This document shows, piece after piece, positions 19,762-26,341 of a DNA stretch of 32,054 nt. Within the stretch, counting starts at the first letter, position 1, and each line of letters starts with the position of its first letter. The notes beneath the pieces are model-generated. The model saw only the letters and a program-made list of their open reading frames with translations, was not told the DNA's origin and did not search any database. The position numbers and the translations under genes were made by a program. This DNA is from Methanobacteriota archaeon (lineage in GTDB: Archaea; Thermoplasmatota; Poseidoniia; Poseidoniales; Poseidoniaceae): contig JABIGM010000038.1 of the NCBI GenBank assembly GCA_018650165.1, forward strand, positions 1-32,054, written 5' to 3'.

Positions 19762-20445
19762 TCACAGTAGCGGTCCTAAGTGAACACCCGCTGCAATCAC
19801 TATGCTAGAAGCGATTACAATCAGTACGTTATCATCGATTGGCCCAAACTCATAGCGCTCAACAAATGAAGCAAGAGCGCCAGAGAGTGCTCCCCAAAGA
19901 GGTATTGAAGGGTCTGCATTCTTGCCGATTAGGTAGCCAAGTGGAATACAAAGAATTGCCATTCCAAGGTTTCCCCATGCACTCTTAGTCCGCTTTGCAA
20001 ACATCTTGTTGCGAATAATTCCAGTTACTCCATCACCATATGCCATGAATAGGGCAGGAAGAATTGCCAGCCAGGCATCATCCAAGTAATGCCATAGAGC
20101 GAATACTGAGATTCCAAGCATGAATGCGAATGTAGCATCATTCATGTTCTGCTCAGTTTGCATCCACCAAAGTCTGCGGTCAGTCATGTGAGCCGCAGCT
20201 AAGCCAGCAGCACCTAGAAGTCCACCTAGAAGTGGATAGATTGGGTCTGTGAACACTATTGGACACAGGATTAGCGGAACTCCACCTGCTACCATATGTG
20301 CCACTTTGCGGTTGTAGTAAACCGCAACCATGTTCTCGCAGCCTTTCGACATTAGGTATGCGTGAAACGGCTTTATTGCCATCACTGTGATGAATGCAAA
20401 AGCCCCTAGGGCGAGAAACCATAGCAACTGTGAATCGAAGACCAT
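19762..20445 (-). CDS. CTP-dependent polyprenol kinase family membrane protein (phytol/farnesol/dolichol kinase-like)
   Basis: RKVAH, GDGVTG, KSAWG and C-terminal IDDNVLI motifs; 7-8 TMs. Confidence 0.85.
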   Translation of the reverse strand: MVFDSQLLWFLALGAFAFITVMAIKPFHAYLMSKGCENMVAVYYNRKVAHMVAGGVPLILCPIVFTDPIYPLLGGLLGAAGLAAAHMTDRRLWWMQTEQNMNDATFAFMLGISVFALWHYLDDAWLAILPALFMAYGDGVTGIIRNKMFAKRTKSAWGNLGMAILCIPLGYLIGKNADPSIPLWGALSGALASFVERYEFGPIDDNVLIVIASSIVIAAGVHLGPLL

Positions 20446-20487
20446 GCTGAGTCGTCAGGCAACTAGTGCATAGTCATGACTGAATGA

Positions 20488-20685
20488 CTATACCGCTGCT
20501 GCGAAGAAAAGCCAACCAATGTTCATGATGATTACGGGGGCTAAAAGGAACATGATGGTGATCATGACCGGAAATAATGTGATGATGAATGTCATCATGA
20601 AGATGACGGTCATTATCATCACAAATTTGGCCGTCGTTGCTGCATTATTTTTCTTGAAGGTCTCTACAATATTTATTTGCTCCAT
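20488..20685 (-). CDS. Small two-TM membrane protein (65 aa)
   Basis: Hydrophobic, Met-rich ORF co-oriented with the kinase; TTAATAT lies 23-29 nt upstream. Confidence 0.55.
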   Translation of the reverse strand: MEQINIVETFKKNNAATTAKFVMIMTVIFMMTFIITLFPVMITIMFLLAPVIIMNIGWLFFAAAV

Positions 20686-20919
20686 ACACTATCCATCGTC
20701 GGTCAACATATTAAGGCCTGTTTCACACTAAGAGAAAATTCGCATACCATCAACTAGAACAAGATAGCATTGAGCATCCAACCCGATGGCGTGCCCATTC
20801 AGGTCTCTTCTGGTACCACTTGTCTTCATAGGTTTAATGCTCTTAGTAAGGGGTTTTGAGGAATTGAAGGGTCAGTATCTAATCGGAAAGATTCAAACCA
20901 TTTAACCCCTCGAAGTGTT

Positions 20920-22323
20920 ATGAATAAATTAGTTAGTTTGCTATTTTGTGTATTAATCGCAACTGCACCACTCGCCGGTTGTTTAGACGATGAAATCGAT
21001 CCTGCAGAAGAAATCGATTTACCAGTTATTGATCCTTCCTTTGATGAAACTAATGGAACTAACAACAGTAACGGAACAGGTACTCCAATAGATACTAACA
21101 ATGGAACCAACAACACTGGTAACAACAATACTGGAAACAATAATTCTGGTAACAATAACACTGGTAACAACAATACTGGTAACAACAATACTGGTAACAA
21201 CAATACTGGTAACAACAATACTGGTAACAACAATACTGGTAACAATAACACAGGGAGCAACAATACTGGTAACAATACGATTGGTAACAATACCAATACT
21301 GGCAACAATACTGGTAACAATACCAACAACGGCAATAATACCACTGGCAATAGCACATCAGGCAATACTACAGGTGGAAATGTAACCGGTGGCAATACAA
21401 CGGAATGTGGCGGAGATATTACCGGAACCTTCGCCTATTCCTTTACAGCATTTGACTACACTAATCATCCTGATTACACGAATTTAGGGGGAATCGAAAT
21501 CGATTGTGATTTGAATGTCCTTTATGGGTATGCCTGGGATGAAACTAATTCGGAGGAGGTGTTTGTTTCTATCGACCCGAGTACAGGTTTGGTGTCATAT
21601 CTAGCCACAATTCCAACAATTGAAATGGTTACACATTCTTCAACCTATGGTGAAGGGGAATATTTCGCTGTAATGCGTGATGGACAGGGTGTAGTAAATC
21701 TCATTCAGGTTTCGACACTCAATGGTAATTTAGTGTCAGTTACACCTTTTGATTATACCAATGCGCCTGATTTAGAGCAGGTTGGTGGAATTGAATATGA
21801 TGAGGTAAACGATGTGATCTATGGATATGCATTTGACAGTACAAACGATGATGCTGTTTCAGTTTCGATTGAACCAAGTACTGGATTGATAACAGAACTA
21901 GGCGTTATTTCCGCTGGACCAACTTCGGTAACAGCTTTGTCTACTACCTTTGATGGCACTAATTACTACATTGGAATTAGAGATTCTCAGAGCGAACGTT
22001 GGCTTGGTATAGTTTCAGTAACTGGAACTTTTGGTGTAACTCTTTCAGAACTTTCAAATCCTACATCAGCAAACATTTTGTCATCAGTTGCCGGATTTGA
22101 AGTCGAATCAAACACTGGCTTCGTTTATGGATATGGATGGGATTCCTCAAATAACGAAGAAATATTTGTTGAATATGACCCGGCAACTGGGACTACGACT
22201 TCGATAGGAGTTCTTACTGGAATTACTCTTACAACTGCAACTGCAACATATTTTACAGGTAATTTTTATGCCATTATGGCAGACTCATCCAAGACACAAT
22301 ACCTAGTTCACATACAATTTTGA
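20920..22323 (+). CDS. Lipoprotein with Asn-rich (GNNNT)n linker and a probable six-bladed beta-propeller
   Basis: Lipobox PLAGC (Cys21); low-complexity N/G/T region; three ~95-aa internal repeats (GGIE.D...LYGYAWD....E.FVSIDPSTG). Confidence 0.88.
   Translation: MNKLVSLLFCVLIATAPLAGCLDDEIDPAEEIDLPVIDPSFDETNGTNNSNGTGTPIDTNNGTNNTGNNNTGNNNSGNNNTGNNNTGNNNTGNNNTGNNNTGNNNTGNNNTGSNNTGNNTIGNNTNTGNNTGNNTNNGNNTTGNSTSGNTTGGNVTGGNTTECGGDITGTFAYSFTAFDYTNHPDYTNLGGIEIDCDLNVLYGYAWDETNSEEVFVSIDPSTGLVSYLATIPTIEMVTHSSTYGEGEYFAVMRDGQGVVNLIQVSTLNGNLVSVTPFDYTNAPDLEQVGGIEYDEVNDVIYGYAFDSTNDDAVSVSIEPSTGLITELGVISAGPTSVTALSTTFDGTNYYIGIRDSQSERWLGIVSVTGTFGVTLSELSNPTSANILSSVAGFEVESNTGFVYGYGWDSSNNEEIFVEYDPATGTTTSIGVLTGITLTTATATYFTGNFYAIMADSSKTQYLVHIQF
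21118..21267 (+). repeat. 15-bp tandem repeat (GGTAACAACAATACT), 10 units, coding GNNNT
   Basis: Five perfect adjacent copies at 21163-21237, another perfect copy at 21118-21132 and variant units between and after. Confidence 0.97.
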
Positions 22324-22363
22324 GATTGTAATACATTGAACGCATGTTTGAGTGCGACAATAA

Positions 22364-22648
22364 TCAGTATTTTGCTAATGCGTTTTTGAACTCATTAGCA
22401 TCGACTCGATTGTCGTTATTGTCATCTAATATTTTGATAATTTTAGAGATTTGGCCAAGTGACATATTATTCCCAGTGATATCTTTAATTCCATTATACA
22501 ATTCTGGACCGCTAATTTTTCCATCACTATCAGCATCGATTTTATCAAAGATTTCATCGAGTGTCATTTCGCTTTGCTTTAGCAATCCGGCTAATGCTTC
22601 AATTGCTTTCTCGATGCTTAGTTCATCACTACCTGTATCTTCGGCCAT
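22364..22648 (-). CDS. Small two-EF-hand (calmodulin-lobe-like) Ca2+-binding protein, ~94 aa
   Basis: EF loops IDADSDGKISGPEL and LDDNNDNRVDANEF in helix-loop-helix context. Start reassigned to the ATG at 22648 (MAEDTG) because GAGGGG lies just upstream. Confidence 0.88.
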   Translation of the reverse strand: MAEDTGSDELSIEKAIEALAGLLKQSEMTLDEIFDKIDADSDGKISGPELYNGIKDITGNNMSLGQISKIIKILDDNNDNRVDANEFKNALAKY

Positions 22649-22741
22649 GCCCCCTCTAAGCCCCTTGCGGACAAAACATTTCCCCACAAGCAATTTATTT
22701 TTTGGAGGCAAGTTGATAACATGCCGAGAACAGGACAAAAT

Positions 22742-23359
22742 ATGAACTCCACACTAGAGCACATGCTCTCACGTGAAACAATAATTGTTAAACAAGATAC
22801 TGAGTTAACTAACATTATTTTGGGATTTGATGCAGCTAACCGCTATGTCCTTTTTGATCCAAGTGGTGAAGTCTTGGGCAATGCTGCCGAAGAAGGAAGT
22901 GGAGTCGGCGGTTGGTTAATGCGCCAGTTTTTGCAAAGCAGACGCCCATGTACGCTCCATATCTATGATACACAGGGCCAAGAAATAACCACTGGAAAGA
23001 AGCCATTTAAATTCTTATTCTCTGAAATGAATACAATAGTTAATCAACAAAATATCGGGTGTGCCCGTCGCCGTTTCAACATATTGAATCGCAAATATTC
23101 TATAGGTGCATCAGGTTCTTCTGGATTTGAAATAACAAGTAGTATCTTCCAGTTCGGAAAGCATTCTTTCGACATAACAAAGAACGGTCTAGTAGTTGCT
23201 AAAATCACGAAAAAATTCGAAGGTATGTTGAAAATGGCATTTACCCAAGCAGATACATTTTCAATTACATTTCATGACAAAAACTTGACACTGGAGGAGC
23301 GTTGTGTGCTCCTTCTAACTCTCTTCCTCATAGATTACGATGTATTTGAGCAAAGATGA
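22742..23359 (+). CDS. Phospholipid scramblase / LURP-one (tubby-like) family protein
   Basis: IIVKQ..EL..IILGFDAANRY, LMRQFL...RP, AKITKKFEG...AFTQADTFSITF, LLLTLFLIDY..FE. The start is uncertain (22721, 22742 or 22763). Confidence 0.85.
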   Translation: MNSTLEHMLSRETIIVKQDTELTNIILGFDAANRYVLFDPSGEVLGNAAEEGSGVGGWLMRQFLQSRRPCTLHIYDTQGQEITTGKKPFKFLFSEMNTIVNQQNIGCARRRFNILNRKYSIGASGSSGFEITSSIFQFGKHSFDITKNGLVVAKITKKFEGMLKMAFTQADTFSITFHDKNLTLEERCVLLLTLFLIDYDVFEQR

Positions 23360-23377
23360 TTCCGCTCAAAGTTGGAA

Positions 23378-23510
23378 CGGACGTGTAATTGCAAACGGGC
23401 GACCCCTCGCCCACTCCAGAAACGTCCGCCCCGGGTCTGGAGCAGGTTTAGGACGAAATCGACTGATATTAATCCATGGATGGCATTCTAAATGTGTCAT
23501 CACGTTTGCA
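23378..23510. ncRNA. Candidate structured RNA / cis-element (unassigned)
   Basis: GC-rich intergenic patch with several perfect stems (see findings); no known family recognised. Confidence 0.3.
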
Positions 23511-23554
23511 TAATCAATACAAGGTATGAAAACTAAACCGATTTTGGTACATAC

Positions 23555-26296
23555 ATGGCAACTAAGCGCGTCAGTATTATTCTTCTCGTAATCCTAGTTG
23601 CATATCTTCCATCTCCTGTTGTGGCAGATGGCGATACTCAAGTCGTTTCTCAGTTTGGAGTAAGTTTCGAAGAGGTTGTAATTGCCGATTCTTCCGATGC
23701 TCTCTCCGATCCAAGAGATCTTGAATTCCATCCCGGTAGGGCTAACGAACTTTGGATTGCAAATCGGGCAACTGATAGTATGACCATAGTCCACAATACC
23801 GGGCTTGTAAACCAAACTTCAGAAAACCGTCATGATGCTTATGGCAACCATTTTCTTGAAGAGGTAAGTGCAATTTCTTTCGGGACATATCATCCTGAAT
23901 TTGATTGGCAGTGGGGTTCAGCCCAAGAATCTGCTAATACTTACTGTGGACAAGGTAGTCCAAATAATTTCATGGGACCCACACTTTGGCCATCATCACT
24001 AAGTCACTATGCAGTGGAGCATCAAAGCGACCAATACCTCGGTAGTCACATCGACATGAACCATGAATCCCCGTACGGGATGGGGATTGCCCATGATTCA
24101 GGTAATTCATACTGGTACAATGATGGTCATAATGGTGAATTGGTTTACTATGATTTTCAAGAAGACCATGATACTGGTATGGACGACCATTCCGATGGTA
24201 TAGTCCGACGATATTCCGATGTCCAGTTAACCCATTCTTATGGTACGCCGGGGCACATGGTACTCGACAAAAACTCTGGTATACTCTACATTTCAGACCC
24301 AGGTTCAAGCCGAGTCGTTTGGGTAAATACCGATGATACAACTTACAACACAGTGAACATAATGAGCGATTCATCTAGACTTGAACCACTAGCAGAGTAT
24401 TCCCGCATCACTGGAATTGAATGGGGTGTTCTTGATACAGGCCTAAGTAAGCCTTCTGGAATCGCCTTGGAGGGCGATCAGTTATTTGTTTCATTGAAAG
24501 GCAATGGTCGTATTATCGCCTATGATTTGAGCACAAACGGAAAGAGTGCAACTGAAGCTGGCTCAATTCAAACATCAGCATCTGCCATAATGGGCTTAGA
24601 AATAGGTCCAAATGGGCATATTTACTATGTTGACAATGGAGCTGATGAAGTAGTCAGAATAGATCCCAATAACGATGGGGATGATGATGGAGTTGTTGAC
24701 CAGGATGACAATTGCCCTCTAATCGCAAATCCGAGTCAGGCAAACCATGACAACGATTTACAGGGTGATGTTTGCGATGAAGATGATGATAACGACGGTG
24801 TGCTAGATAATCTAGACAACTGTGCAACTGGAGATTTGGCTTGGTCGCAATCCTCTGCTACCGATCATGACATGGATGGTTGTAGAGATTCTTCAGAAGA
24901 CTATGATGATGACAATGATGGTGTCCTAGACATTGGAGATGGTTGCTCTACAGGTGAACTAGCCTGGACTTCAACAACTGATCTGGACTACGATGGAGAT
25001 GGCTGTAAAGATGCTACAGAAGATTATGATGATGATAATGACAACATTTGTGATTCAAGTTGGAATGAGGATTGGGGATGTATGCTCTCAACATTGGATG
25101 TTGACTTCTGTCCCGAAAGCCATCCAACGTTCTTTTCAGTATTATCTAACGATGCAGACCAAGATGGCTGTGAAGATAGAAATGAAGACAAAGATGATGA
25201 CAATGATGGTTTCTTAGATGGCCAAGATGATTGTCCAATTGAAACTGGTTTTAGCGATACTGGAAGAATATTTGGATGTCCGGATTCTGACGGTGATGGC
25301 TACGCAAATACAATTGATGTATTCCCTGACGAGCCTAGTCAATGGTCGGATGTAGATGAGGATGGCTTTGGTGATCAATCAGACGGCTTAGATGGAGATG
25401 ATTGCCCTGGTGTTTATGGAACCTCGAATCAAGACCGCACTGGTTGCTTGGATTCAGATGGAGATGGGTACTCAAATCCAGATTCAAATTGGGATACTAC
25501 GCTAGGAGCCGACGCATTTTCGACTGATATTACACAGCACCTAGACGGTGATGGAGATGGATATGGTGACAATATGGATGGGTTCCAAGCTGATTCCTGT
25601 TCAGAGATTGCAGGAACTTCGAACCAGGACCGTTTTGGCTGTTTGGATTCAGATGGTGATGGCTGGTCCGATGAAGGAGATATGTTGCCTCTCGACCCCA
25701 CCCAGCATTCTGATGATGATGGTGATGGCTATGGTGACTCATTACTTGGAAATACTCCTGATAGTTGTCCAAGTGTGTATGGGCTTTCTAGCGAGCAGCG
25801 CTACGGTTGTCTAGATTCAGATAGTGATGGTTGGGATGATGAATTTGATGCATTCCCTGACAATATCAAGTTCTGGTCAGATACAGATGGAGACTCACAT
25901 CCGGACCAACAAGACACTGAACTTTCAGACGACTGCCCTGATGAGGCAGGTGATTCATATGAAGACCGAATCGGTTGTCCAGATTCGGATGGAGATGGTT
26001 GGTCTGACAAAGCTGATTCATATCCCGATGACGCCTCACGCCATCTTGAATCGGATAGCACTTCTCTCATACTGATAGTAGTTGGAATTGTAGTTGTTGG
26101 AATTGCTCTAGGTTTACTTTTCTTGAATCGAAGAAAGGGCGGCGATATGATTCAGAATGTTGATTATAATCCAACAATAATGACTCCACAAGTCCCAGTT
26201 CAGGCTGGGCCACCATTGCCTCCAGAAGGATTACCTGTTGGTTGGACTATGGAACAGTGGGCTTGGTATGGTGAAGATTATCTCAAGAATCGCTAA
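23555..26296 (+). CDS. Membrane-anchored surface protein: His/Asp-rich beta-propeller, many thrombospondin type-3-like Ca2+-binding repeats, TM, Pro/Trp cytoplasmic tail
   Basis: Signal peptide; propeller-type motifs (PRDLEFHP, PYGMGIAHD, PSGIALEG, IMGLEIGPNG); repeated DxDxDGxxDxxDxC(P) units over ~24670-26040; TM LILIVVGIVVVGIALGLLFL followed by NRRK. Confidence 0.9.
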   Translation: MATKRVSIILLVILVAYLPSPVVADGDTQVVSQFGVSFEEVVIADSSDALSDPRDLEFHPGRANELWIANRATDSMTIVHNTGLVNQTSENRHDAYGNHFLEEVSAISFGTYHPEFDWQWGSAQESANTYCGQGSPNNFMGPTLWPSSLSHYAVEHQSDQYLGSHIDMNHESPYGMGIAHDSGNSYWYNDGHNGELVYYDFQEDHDTGMDDHSDGIVRRYSDVQLTHSYGTPGHMVLDKNSGILYISDPGSSRVVWVNTDDTTYNTVNIMSDSSRLEPLAEYSRITGIEWGVLDTGLSKPSGIALEGDQLFVSLKGNGRIIAYDLSTNGKSATEAGSIQTSASAIMGLEIGPNGHIYYVDNGADEVVRIDPNNDGDDDGVVDQDDNCPLIANPSQANHDNDLQGDVCDEDDDNDGVLDNLDNCATGDLAWSQSSATDHDMDGCRDSSEDYDDDNDGVLDIGDGCSTGELAWTSTTDLDYDGDGCKDATEDYDDDNDNICDSSWNEDWGCMLSTLDVDFCPESHPTFFSVLSNDADQDGCEDRNEDKDDDNDGFLDGQDDCPIETGFSDTGRIFGCPDSDGDGYANTIDVFPDEPSQWSDVDEDGFGDQSDGLDGDDCPGVYGTSNQDRTGCLDSDGDGYSNPDSNWDTTLGADAFSTDITQHLDGDGDGYGDNMDGFQADSCSEIAGTSNQDRFGCLDSDGDGWSDEGDMLPLDPTQHSDDDGDGYGDSLLGNTPDSCPSVYGLSSEQRYGCLDSDSDGWDDEFDAFPDNIKFWSDTDGDSHPDQQDTELSDDCPDEAGDSYEDRIGCPDSDGDGWSDKADSYPDDASRHLESDSTSLILIVVGIVVVGIALGLLFLNRRKGGDMIQNVDYNPTIMTPQVPVQAGPPLPPEGLPVGWTMEQWAWYGEDYLKNR

Positions 26297-26341
26297 TTTG
26301 TAATCAAAAAATAAGTGGCCCTCTTTTGAAGGATAATGCAT

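Noticed and set aside
20728-20829. 33-codon minus-strand ORF (MKTSGTRRDLNG...)
   Set aside because: Short, no recognisable motif or clear initiation signal.
21118-21267. Tandem repeat as a CRISPR array
   Set aside because: The 15-bp units are contiguous with no spacers, lie in frame in a CDS, and there are no cas genes.
20826-21395. Repetitive ORFs on other frames (PVLLL-rich 189 aa; CCYQY-rich 87 aa; TTILV-rich 94 aa)
   Set aside because: Shadow translations of the 15-bp repeat in the lipoprotein gene.
22649-22738. Longer 124-aa version of the EF-hand ORF
   Set aside because: The extension overlaps the divergent promoter region and looks non-coding; an SD-like GAGGGG supports the ATG at 22648.
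23378-23510. Assignment of the structured element to hammerhead, HDV-like ribozyme, c-di-GMP, fluoride, TPP riboswitch, SRP RNA or tRNA
   Set aside because: The required conserved cores (e.g. CUGAUGA + GAAA, HDV helix order, cloverleaf with T-loop) could not be placed on either strand, so it is left unassigned.
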